Source of the DNA: Candidatus Omnitrophota bacterium
GTDB lineage: Bacteria > Omnitrophota > Gorgyraeia > Zapsychrales > JANLHA01
Length of the DNA stretch: 64,000 bases
NCBI GenBank assembly: GCA_040753435.1
Contig: JBFMEN010000052.1
Location: 129 to 64,128, forward strand
Direction: 5' to 3'
In this document: positions 49,887 through 58,110 of the stretch, one piece after another
Layout of the letters: each line of letters starts with the position of its first letter
Numbering within the stretch: the stretch's first letter is position 1
Notes under the pieces: model-generated
What the model was told of the DNA's origin: nothing
Databases searched by the model: none
The model's input: the letters and a program-made list of their open reading frames with translations, nothing else
Translations under genes and position numbers: made by a program

Positions 49887-52800
49887 ATGAAAAATCCCAA
49901 ATCAACAATTTACCGCGTAGTTTCTGCTTGTTTAATCGTTATTCTGGCAGTGACGCTTTCTGTCCCAGCTCAGGCTCAGAGCGCGCTTACCCCAAGCGTC
50001 ATCGAAGGGCTTAATCTGCCTGCTCCAGGGACAATGATTTCATTAAGTAGTGCCTACAACCCCCCTATAATCAAAGGCATCACCATTTATCCCGATAATC
50101 CATTGAAGTTTGATTTTATTGTTTCTCCTGGTGATGACAATCTTAAGGGTGATGCATTGAAGAAAGAAGCGGACAAGCTCATTAAATACTTTATGGCGTC
50201 TTTAACTGTTCCGGCCGATGAAATGTGGGTGAATCTTTCGCCGTATGAAAAAGATCGCATTATCGCAGATGGATTAAGCCAAACAGAATTAGGGCGGGAT
50301 TTGCTGGCCCAGGATTATATTCTCAAGCAGGTCACCGCTTCTTTAATGTATCCAGAAGAAAAGCTGGGAGATGATTTTTGGAAAATGGTTTACGCGAAAG
50401 CACAGGTTCAATTTGGCACGACGGAAATACCGGTGAACACATTTAATAAGGTTTGGATTGTTCCGGAGAAGGCGAATGTCTACGTTCATGGCAATAATAT
50501 TTTTGTTGTCGATAGCTATCTAAAAGTCATGTTGGAAGAGGATTACTTGGCATTAGAAACGAATTTGAAGCATGCTAATCATGGCGTGGGAATAATTCCT
50601 AAAGACCAAATAGAAGAAACCAGTGATGTATCTAGACAAGTCATTCGGGAAATCTTAATTCCAGAAATTGAGAAAGAAGTGAATCAGGGGAAGAATTTCG
50701 CAAGCCTAAGACAAATATTTAATTCTATGATCCTGGCGACTTGGTATAAGAAGAATCTGAAAGAAAGTTTGCTCGGACAGGTTTATGTGAATCAGAATAA
50801 AGTTGAGGGCGTTGACTTGAAGGATAAACAAGTTAAAGAAAAGATTTACAATCAATATGTGAAAGCGCTTGAAAAAGGGGTATTTGATTTTATCAGAGAG
50901 GATGATGACCCAATTGCGCAGGAAAGAATCCCGAGGAGATATTTTTCTGGTGGAATTCAAGGAGCTGATAATGTAGGGGAAAGGATTATGTCTTATGCGG
51001 AAATAGAAAAGGTTTTTGTTGGGGATGAAGCGCTGATTACTGTTGAACTAAGAAATCCTAAAAATCCAAGTGAAAGATTGGTTGATACCGGCGCAACAAT
51101 GAAGAAGCTGTGGACGAAAATAAAAAAAATAAGCGTTAGTGACAACGACAGATGGTTTTTGAGAGACGGAAATTTATCTCATTGGGAACAAATTATTGAT
51201 GGTCAGGTTGAGTTTGATAAAGAAAAAATGGTTATAACTTTTAGCGTAGGAAACAATAAAGGAGAAACTCAGAGAATAAGCGTAAAGGTTAAAAAAGTTG
51301 TTAGTAAAAATGAGATTGTCAAAGGTGCACATCTAGAAGCTGGAGCGCTTAGGTTTCTGGGCGTGGCTGATTGGTATGATACTAAATTTCAGGGAGAAAC
51401 AGTTTTGCTGGAAGAAAATCCTTATAATATCAACTATATTTCTACAGATAGCATAATTGGCGTCTCAGAATTTTTATTTCAAAACGAGCCTTCTTCGATC
51501 GCTTATCCTATCATTGAAACAGCAATAAAAAGCGATCGAAAGTTTTTTGCCCAAGCTGCAAATCGGAGCGGTGATGAAGTTCGCGGCTGGATATCGAAAG
51601 CCCTTGGGTATTTCCCTTTTCAATCGTTGGATTGGGAAAGTGTACCCAAACAGTTTCTTGCTAAAGCATTAGCCAGAAATGAATTAACCAGATATGAAAA
51701 CATTCTAAGACTCGAAGATGTCTTATTCGCCGGCCAAATCGATGTCAATGAAAAGACAAATTCGAATGCAAAAGCGTTGTTTAGCTTAAATCCAGTACGA
51801 CGCTTAAGAGCATATATGGCGCTTAAACAAACGAATGACTTGGAAGAAGCAAAGCTATTGAAGGAAATGTATCCAAGGGCGAGTATTGCTATGAAAAAAT
51901 TAGTTCGTTTTTTATTCTATTGGGTTACCAGAGAGGAAGCGATGGTTACAGGCGAATATTACGGAATAACAAGGAAAGGAAACAGTCGGCTGAAAGATAC
52001 GAAGGAAAGATTGGATCAGTTATTGCCGACCTTGTTGGAACGATTTCCGAATGAAGTATTGAGGATACGTGATGAAGGTGTATCAACAGGAACTCTTTCT
52101 GAAAATCTTTTTCGTCATGTCGCCTCAAAGACAAAAGAATTTAAATATATTGCTACTGATTTGGTTACAAAGTTGATTTATATTACGAATTCAGAAAAGG
52201 GATATACGGCCGTTTTTACCGATGAACAAGATGGCCATACGGATAATTTTATTCAGATTAAACAGGGTAACCGAATTTATACTCCTCAAGGAGTAAATAG
52301 AGTTGTTCGTGTTCTGGGGGAAGACGCTGCGTCGTTTACCGCAGAGGTTCGGAGTGCGTTTGAAATGTATAAACAAGAAGGTGGATTATCAGATAAGTAT
52401 GTGACTGAAGAAGTTGGGCTTTTTGATTTTGAAGTCGAAAAATTAGCAAAGACTGATGAGCGCTTTGAGTTGTCTCAACATAACATCTTCCAAAAAGTGC
52501 CGACTCAAGAGCAGGGGCATTTAACAATACTTTCAAATGTATTAGTTCCTACTTATTATAGCCAGAGTGAATTAGTTGAGGGTATTAAGTCTGCGGGGTT
52601 AAATACGGTCGAAGGTGGTTTGGTGTTGGTCATTAATGAATCATATCTTGGAACTGGTCTTGGACCTGTATCAGACGGTATTTATGTTCATCCTTTTTCA
52701 GTTTTTGAAAGAAGAGGAAATCAGCTAGTTCGCCTATTTTTTTCTTCGATAGGACCACAAAAAGGATTTAATCGCGCCATGAAGGCTGAGGACATAGAAA

Positions 52801-53036
52801 GTGTAAACTTGGGAGACAGGGAGGTTATTAGTAGTGACGTTGGAGGCATTGACTTAAATTCTAACAATTTAGAACTAAATGTTCAGGGTGATGAGGTAAA
52901 GATGAGCCCTTATCCCGGAATTTTAAATGAAATTTCCGTTAATGGATTTGTTCCCGTTATCATTGATGTCGCTCCAATTTCAAACGTTCCAATATTACTT
53001 GGTATTCAATCAGTTGAAACCACCGGCGTTAGATAA
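49887..53036 (+). CDS. Secreted modular paralog 3 (1049 aa): signal peptide, shared N-terminal domain, divergent middle with a methyltransferase-like motif, shared C-terminal module
   Basis: It starts 5 nt after the stop of the previous gene (translational coupling). Signal peptide VVSACLIVILAVTLSVPAQAQS. The N-terminal domain is conserved (ITIYPDNPLKFDFIVSPGDDNLKGDALKKEADKLIKYFMASLTVPADEMWVNLSPYEKDRIIADGL...). VLRIRDEGVSTGTLSENLF...KYIATDL (about 52060-52170) resembles SAM-MTase motifs I and II. The C-terminal module is GGIDLNSNNLELN...FVPVIIDVAPISNVP. Confidence 0.9.
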   Translation: MKNPKSTIYRVVSACLIVILAVTLSVPAQAQSALTPSVIEGLNLPAPGTMISLSSAYNPPIIKGITIYPDNPLKFDFIVSPGDDNLKGDALKKEADKLIKYFMASLTVPADEMWVNLSPYEKDRIIADGLSQTELGRDLLAQDYILKQVTASLMYPEEKLGDDFWKMVYAKAQVQFGTTEIPVNTFNKVWIVPEKANVYVHGNNIFVVDSYLKVMLEEDYLALETNLKHANHGVGIIPKDQIEETSDVSRQVIREILIPEIEKEVNQGKNFASLRQIFNSMILATWYKKNLKESLLGQVYVNQNKVEGVDLKDKQVKEKIYNQYVKALEKGVFDFIREDDDPIAQERIPRRYFSGGIQGADNVGERIMSYAEIEKVFVGDEALITVELRNPKNPSERLVDTGATMKKLWTKIKKISVSDNDRWFLRDGNLSHWEQIIDGQVEFDKEKMVITFSVGNNKGETQRISVKVKKVVSKNEIVKGAHLEAGALRFLGVADWYDTKFQGETVLLEENPYNINYISTDSIIGVSEFLFQNEPSSIAYPIIETAIKSDRKFFAQAANRSGDEVRGWISKALGYFPFQSLDWESVPKQFLAKALARNELTRYENILRLEDVLFAGQIDVNEKTNSNAKALFSLNPVRRLRAYMALKQTNDLEEAKLLKEMYPRASIAMKKLVRFLFYWVTREEAMVTGEYYGITRKGNSRLKDTKERLDQLLPTLLERFPNEVLRIRDEGVSTGTLSENLFRHVASKTKEFKYIATDLVTKLIYITNSEKGYTAVFTDEQDGHTDNFIQIKQGNRIYTPQGVNRVVRVLGEDAASFTAEVRSAFEMYKQEGGLSDKYVTEEVGLFDFEVEKLAKTDERFELSQHNIFQKVPTQEQGHLTILSNVLVPTYYSQSELVEGIKSAGLNTVEGGLVLVINESYLGTGLGPVSDGIYVHPFSVFERRGNQLVRLFFSSIGPQKGFNRAMKAEDIESVNLGDREVISSDVGGIDLNSNNLELNVQGDEVKMSPYPGILNEISVNGFVPVIIDVAPISNVPILLGIQSVETTGVR

Positions 53037-53401
53037 AAAATAGCTGATGTTTTTGGAACTCTTCAGGAACAAATATATAATTTCTATATTTCTATGTCAT
53101 CTTTCCAATGAAAACTTCCTGAGTTCAAACGGCAATTCCCAAAAATATAAAATTTGACTTAATTTGAAGGTGGATAGGCCGGCTCCCTTGGGGGTTTGAG
53201 TCCTACAAATATAAATCTCCTTGCCTAAATTCATGAATTTTTCTATGATATACGAACATTTTTTATAAATTTTTATTATGGCCATCTCGCAGCTTCCGTC
53301 TTGGCGGATTATCTTGTAGACGGAGCAGACGGCTGCTAGCAAACAAAAGGCCTTTTGGGATTGTGAGTTTTGAGTTAACGACCGGCTAAAAAGGAGCTGA
53401 A

Positions 53402-54352
53402 ATGTACAGACCACAAATACGCGTTTTTGATTGCACCATTCGGGATGGCGGACTGATGAATAATCATTTGTTTGATCATGATTTTGTGCGTGCGGTTTAT
53501 CAGGGCTTGTCCGAAGCCGGTGTGGATTACGTGGAATTGGGGTATAAAAATTCCAAGGAACTATTTTCGCCGGAGGAATACGGCGCCTGGAAATTTTGTG
53601 AGGACGAGGAAATTTTTAAAATTACCGACGGCGTTGAAAACGGAGCCAGGGTTTCGGTCATGGTCGATATCGGCCGGGTCAGGATGGAAGACGTCAAGCC
53701 GAAAAGCCAGAGTCCGGTCGATATGATTCGGGTCGCGTGCTATGTTAAAGAAGTGGACAAGGCGATCGTTATGGTTAATGAGTTTCATGACAAGGGATAT
53801 GAAACCACGATCAACATCATGGCGATTTCCCGTGATCAGGGGCCGGAACTGGAAGCGGCGCTGCATCAGATCGAAAAAGAAAGCAGGGCCGACGTGGTTT
53901 ATATCGTCGACAGCTTTGGATATTTCTATCAGGAGAACATCGAGTATCTTGTTAAATTATACAAGGGTATCATGAAAACGCGTGAGATTGGTTTTCACGG
54001 GCACAATAACCAGCAGCTTGCCTTCGGGAACACAATCGAAGCGATCATTCACGGCGCGAATTATCTGGACGCCACGGTTTACGGGATTGGCCGGGCGGCA
54101 GGGAATTGTCCTCTTGAGCTTTTGATCGGGTTTTTAAAAAATCCGAAATTTGATATTCGTCCCATTCTCGATCTTATCTCAACGCGGTTTGTTCCTCTTC
54201 GTGAGCAGATCGAGTGGGGATACATTATTCCTCACGCGATCGCCGGAATGCTCAACGAGCATCCCCGCGCGGCCCTGGCCCTGCGCAAGACTGAACGTAA
54301 AGAAAATTACAGGGACTTTTATGAAAGCCTGACGAATACGGGACTGGATTAA
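53402..54352 (+). CDS. HMGL-like (DRE-TIM metallolyase) aldolase family protein, 4-hydroxy-2-oxovalerate-aldolase-like
   Basis: RBS aaggag. N-terminus RVFDCTIRDGG matches the TLRDG motif. GFHGHNNQQLAFGNTIEAIIHGANYLDATVYGIGRAAGNCPLE matches the HxHNxxGxAxANxLxAxxAGAxxVDxTxxGxGxxAGNxxLE signature. Confidence 0.85.
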   Translation: MYRPQIRVFDCTIRDGGLMNNHLFDHDFVRAVYQGLSEAGVDYVELGYKNSKELFSPEEYGAWKFCEDEEIFKITDGVENGARVSVMVDIGRVRMEDVKPKSQSPVDMIRVACYVKEVDKAIVMVNEFHDKGYETTINIMAISRDQGPELEAALHQIEKESRADVVYIVDSFGYFYQENIEYLVKLYKGIMKTREIGFHGHNNQQLAFGNTIEAIIHGANYLDATVYGIGRAAGNCPLELLIGFLKNPKFDIRPILDLISTRFVPLREQIEWGYIIPHAIAGMLNEHPRAALALRKTERKENYRDFYESLTNTGLD

Positions 54353-54384
54353 ATTTAGCACATGCGACGCCCGAAGAGTATCTC

Positions 54385-54447
54385 TCCTGGTTAGCAGCAA
54401 AGATTATTGTGATGCGGCTCCGGAGAATCTGGTGGGGCTTTGGGGTT
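54385..54447. repeat. Upstream duplicate of the pilin gene 3' end (partner at 54944-55003)
   Basis: ggttagcagcaaagattattgtgatgcggctccggagaatctggtggggct matches ggttagcagcaaagattattgtgatgttccggagaatttggtgggact inside the pilin CDS. Translated in the pilin frame, the upstream copy gives LVSSKDYCDAAPENLVGLWGF, matching the pilin C-terminus RSVSSKDYCDVPENLVGLGFG. Confidence 0.8.
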
Positions 54448-54493
54448 TTAAAATATAGCAGGAAAGAAAACGCCTGATGAACAGCAAAATAAT

Positions 54494-55048
54494 ATGAAAA
54501 ATGGGTTCACATTATTAGAGCTGGTTATTGTCGTCATCATTATCGGGGTATTGGCCTCGCTGGCCTTGCCGCGGATGGTTTCAATGATTGAGGGATCGCG
54601 TTCTGCGGAGGCGATTTCAGCGCTGACGTCAATTCGCAGCGCGTTGGAGCGGTATTACCTGATGCATCCGGGTGAGGAGGTCTTTGCATCTTCAGACCAG
54701 ACGGAGACTTTTGAAATGCTGGGACTGGATGATCCCGGATCTTCACCCGGGTCGAATTTTGGTTACCTGGCAAGTATTAGTATGATAGGCGGTGAAGCGT
54801 CTTTTTTTTCTGCGGCAGTGCGTAATTATAACAATAATGGCAGTCCTTATAGTGGGGCACTTTTATTGGAAAATATTAATTTTATTTATTTGGGAGTCAA
54901 TGAGACAATGATCGCCTTGTGCGGGTTTGGAAATTTCAGATCGGTTAGCAGCAAAGATTATTGTGATGTTCCGGAGAATTTGGTGGGACTCGGGTTTGGA
55001 ACCGTCTCAACGATCACTGCGCTCGGATATCTTGCCACGAATATGTAG
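54494..55048 (+). CDS. Type IV pilin / pseudopilin-like protein (prepilin-type N-terminal cleavage/methylation domain)
   Basis: N-terminus MKNGFTLLELVIVVIIIGVLASLALP. It has the G|FTLLE class III signal with Glu+5 and a hydrophobic alpha1 helix. The C-terminal Cys pair (LCGFG...DYCDV) is typical of the pilin D-region. Confidence 0.85.
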   Translation: MKNGFTLLELVIVVIIIGVLASLALPRMVSMIEGSRSAEAISALTSIRSALERYYLMHPGEEVFASSDQTETFEMLGLDDPGSSPGSNFGYLASISMIGGEASFFSAAVRNYNNNGSPYSGALLLENINFIYLGVNETMIALCGFGNFRSVSSKDYCDVPENLVGLGFGTVSTITALGYLATNM

Positions 55049-55098
55049 GGTGGTGAAGAACCTTCCCGAAAACCGGGCTTAGTCTGAAATAAAGCGCC

Positions 55099-55728
55099 AT
55101 GAAAATTCAGGACTTTAAAAACCTTCCTATCCTCGGGATTCTTCGCGGAATTTCTACCGGAGAGATTTCTCCTGTTGTTGAAACCTGTGTTTTGTCCGGT
55201 CTGAAAACGATCGAGATTACCATGAATACCGACGGCGCTCCCACCCTGATAAAAAAAATGATTCAGGAAGCCGCGGGGAGATTGACTATCGGCGCCGGAA
55301 CGGTGTTGTCGGTCGAAGATGCTCAAAAAGCAAAAGATGCAGGCGCGGCATTTATCGTTGCTCCCAATCTTAATCCTGGCGTCGCTGATTTTTGCAAAAA
55401 ACAAAGACTTCTTTTTTTCCCCGGCGCGTTAACCCCCGGGGAGATTTTTCAGGCCTGGGAGGCCGGCGCCGCCATGGTCAAAGTTTTTCCTTCCGGTTTC
55501 TTCGGCCCGGAATATTTTAAAGAGATCAAGGGGCCGTTTAATCAAATCGAACTTCTTGCCTGCGGCGGGGTTAATGCTGATAATATCGGCGAGTTTTTCC
55601 GCTGCGGCGCATCTGCCGTTGCCTTCGGCGCGAGTGTGTTTAAAAAAGAATGGCTGCGGGAAAAATCTTTCGACAAGATCGGGAATGAGATTCAGAAATT
55701 GGTAAAGGCGTATCAGAATCGTGCGTAG
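55099..55728 (+). CDS. eda: 2-dehydro-3-deoxyphosphogluconate (KDPG) / 4-hydroxy-2-oxoglutarate aldolase
   Basis: LPILGILRG...GLKTIEITMNT...IGAGTVL...AGAAFIVAPN...FFPGALTPGEI...AMVKVFPSG (Schiff-base Lys)...GPF...LLACGGV. The match is colinear with Eda family signatures. Confidence 0.92.
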   Translation: MKIQDFKNLPILGILRGISTGEISPVVETCVLSGLKTIEITMNTDGAPTLIKKMIQEAAGRLTIGAGTVLSVEDAQKAKDAGAAFIVAPNLNPGVADFCKKQRLLFFPGALTPGEIFQAWEAGAAMVKVFPSGFFGPEYFKEIKGPFNQIELLACGGVNADNIGEFFRCGASAVAFGASVFKKEWLREKSFDKIGNEIQKLVKAYQNRA

Positions 55729-55806
55729 AGACGAGGCGATGCCTGCCTGTAGGCTGGCCTCGTCTATACAGGTGAGCAATTTTTAAAAACATAAAATATA
55801 AAAATC

Positions 55807-55840
55807 CCCGGATGATGATTGGTCCGGGGTTTTTTTGTGA
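55807..55840 (+). terminator. Rho-independent terminator after eda
   Basis: aaaatccccggatgatgattggtccggggttttttt has the stem ccccgga/tccgggg followed by T7. Confidence 0.7.
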
Positions 55841-56050
55841 GTTGTACGGAGACATCCCCTGCCGGCAGGCGGGCCAGCCTACCGGCAGGCGACGGGACGT
55901 CTTCAGGCAAGAGGGCAATGGCGTCGATGTAGAGATGACCCGGCGGGTCATCTCAAACGGCAATGAGTCGGTTCTTCCGACGGAGACGTCTCATCGTGAC
56001 GGGGCACGGGAGATTGCTGGAAGGGAGACGTCCCATCGGGACGTCTCTAC
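55812..56050. repeat. Palindrome-rich intergenic repeat element, copy 2 (direct orientation relative to copy 1)
   Basis: gatgattggtccgggg...caagagggcaatggcgtcg...atgacccggcgggtcatctcaaacggcaatgagtcggttcttccgacggagacgtctcatcgtgacggggcacgggagattgctggaagggagacgtcccatcgggacgtctc. It contains several gacgtc-centred palindromes. Confidence 0.85.
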
Positions 56051-56180
56051 ATGGGGATAAACGAACCCTTGTCGAAAATTCATCATGAATAATCCGGCGA
56101 ATTGGGGAAGGGATGAAATGTATCGGAAAATGCAGAGACGCGGCATGGTTTGGCTTGGCTCACCATAAATTGCCTCGTCT

Positions 56181-57995
56181 CTACGTACGAAGAAACTGTT
56201 TATCCAGAAAATCAGATGTGATTTCAACGACCACCGGCCGGCCGTGCGGACACGTAAATGGATCGCGGCATTGTAAAAGTTGTTCGCGCTGGAATTCAGC
56301 CTGTTGACGGTTTAAAGGATCGCCGGCCATGACAGAAGCGCGGCAGGCGCGCCGGGCGATCGATTCATGATCAACCCGTGAAATTTGGCCGCCGGCGAGA
56401 AGTTCGCGCACGGCATCAATGGGATTTTTAATCAGGGCAGGATGGCTTTGGATAGCGATAGTTTCATCGTCGAACTGGTTTGTATCAAATCCCAGGGCCG
56501 ACAGCTCCTGCTGATTATCGCGCCATGACAAAAGATCTTGCGGAGATGCTTTAAGCAAATATGGCGCCAGCAGATTTTGAACTTCAAGCCGGCTTTCCTT
56601 AAGTTGGACGATGAATTGTTCAAACATAATCCTTTCCTGTGCGGCATGCTGATCGACAACCAGGAGATTTTTTCCGGTTTCAAAGAAAATATATTTGTTC
56701 ATAAAGCTGCCGACATAGACAGAGCTGCCCAATTTATCTTTTAATGTCTGCCGTTTCTGTTGAAACAAAAGTCCGGTAAAATCTTCGGCTGTCTGGTCCT
56801 GCGGATAGGAATATTGTTCGGTCAAGGGCTGTTGCTGCTGTGAAGTGAAAAATTCATCGGCGGTCTTTTCGAAAACAGCCTCCTGTTTTCCGCGTTCCTT
56901 AATGGCCTCATCGATCATCCGGCGTATTCCCGGACGGGGCGAGTCTTTGGAATTCTCCAGCGGCTCCCAGATCTGCTTAGGTTTTCCGGCGCTCATTAAC
57001 GCCCCTTCGCATATGCGGCGCAACAACTTCCCGAGCTCCTGCTCGTCTCTGATTTTAACCTCGCGTTTGGTAGGATGGATATTGACATCAATATCTTTGG
57101 GAGGCATATCGATCATGAGGCAGAAGAACGGATGATGCCTCGGCGGAAGGATCAGGCGGTAAACATCATTCAGGTGAAATGAAATGTTTTTGTTTTCAAC
57201 GGGTCGTCCATTGATGAAAATAAACTGAAGGTCGCGTTTGGCGCGGATGATGTTGATGTCCCCCAGGATCATGCGGACACCAGTTCCCTGTTCTGAAAAT
57301 TCACGGGATGTTTCAAGTAAAAATTTTTCTTCAAGATTTAACACGTCCGCGATCCTGGCCTTGAGATCCGCCAAAGGTTCCAGATTCAGAATGTTTTTCC
57401 TGTCACTCATTAACTGAAAGCGGCATTCGGGATTGAGAAGGGTGTAGGGAATGACGGTATTCAGGATTTGCTTAATTTCGCCCGAGTCGGATTTTAAGAA
57501 TTTTTTTCTGGCAGGCGTATTGAAAAAAAGCTCTTTGACCTCGATTTCAGTTCCGTCGTGCAAAGAACAGGGCGAGAGGTTTAGCTGCTCTCCTCCCCGC
57601 ATGTGAATTTCCCAACCCGAGCCGGTTTTTGGGCCGCGTTCCTGTTCATTTGATCTGCTGCGAAGAATGATGTCGGAGACGGCACAAATGCTGTAAAGGG
57701 CTTCTCCCCGGAAACCCAGCGAATGGATATCGAATAAATCTTCCGCGGACCGGATCTTGCTGGTGGAATGACGGAGGAAAATCTTTGTCATATCCTCTTC
57801 TGCTATTCCGGCGCCGTTGTCCTTGACCCTGATTAACTTTTTCCCGCTGTCTTCAAGTTCTATCGAGATTGAATTCGCGCCCGCATCGATTGAATTCTCG
57901 ATCAATTCCTTTATAACGGAAGCGGGACGGTCAATGACCTCGCCGGCGGCGATCTTGCTGATAATGTCAGGCGTGAGAATATTAATTTTTGGCAT
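56181..57995 (-). CDS. mutL: DNA mismatch repair protein MutL
   Basis: The track ORF is 56181..58079 (-). The canonical N-terminus MPKINILTPDIISKIAAGEVIDRPASVIKELIENSIDAGA starts at the Met encoded 57993-57995, so the true start is probably there. GHKL ATPase motifs are DNGAGI and GFRGEAL. The C-terminal dimerisation region is present. Confidence 0.93.
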   Translation of the reverse strand: MPKINILTPDIISKIAAGEVIDRPASVIKELIENSIDAGANSISIELEDSGKKLIRVKDNGAGIAEEDMTKIFLRHSTSKIRSAEDLFDIHSLGFRGEALYSICAVSDIILRSRSNEQERGPKTGSGWEIHMRGGEQLNLSPCSLHDGTEIEVKELFFNTPARKKFLKSDSGEIKQILNTVIPYTLLNPECRFQLMSDRKNILNLEPLADLKARIADVLNLEEKFLLETSREFSEQGTGVRMILGDINIIRAKRDLQFIFINGRPVENKNISFHLNDVYRLILPPRHHPFFCLMIDMPPKDIDVNIHPTKREVKIRDEQELGKLLRRICEGALMSAGKPKQIWEPLENSKDSPRPGIRRMIDEAIKERGKQEAVFEKTADEFFTSQQQQPLTEQYSYPQDQTAEDFTGLLFQQKRQTLKDKLGSSVYVGSFMNKYIFFETGKNLLVVDQHAAQERIMFEQFIVQLKESRLEVQNLLAPYLLKASPQDLLSWRDNQQELSALGFDTNQFDDETIAIQSHPALIKNPIDAVRELLAGGQISRVDHESIARRACRASVMAGDPLNRQQAEFQREQLLQCRDPFTCPHGRPVVVEITSDFLDKQFLRT

Positions 57996-58110
57996 GGTTT
58001 TAATTTTTAAAGGAAAAAGGAAATGCGAAAAGTGAAAAAATTTAAGGTTTGAAATCGCCTTGTCATTCGAAAGATGCATTTAAAGTGAAACGATTTTTAA
58101 ACAAGACAAG

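Noticed and set aside
53180-53215. tRNA-like T-arm string gggggtttgagtcctac
   Set aside because: The flanking sequence cannot form acceptor, D or anticodon stems, and the stem halves ggggg/cctac do not pair.
54958-55404. Minus-strand ORFs 54958..55404 and 55429..55779 overlapping pilin/eda
   Set aside because: They are antisense to two well-supported genes (pilin, Eda) and have no motifs.
41653-56307. ORFs 41653..41889(+), 55812..56060(+) and 56113..56307(+) encoding ...MTRRVISNGNESVLPTETSHRDGA...
   Set aside because: They are translations of the palindromic intergenic repeat element, which is present in two intergenic copies. Their reading frames and starts are inconsistent between copies, and one copy overlaps the mutL 3' end.
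57996-58079. MutL N-terminal extension MHLSNDKAISNLKFFHFSHFLFPLKIKT from the track ORF start
   Set aside because: The conserved MutL N-terminus begins at the internal Met (MPKINILTPDI...). The 28-aa extension is hydrophobic, low-complexity and unconserved, so it is likely untranslated.
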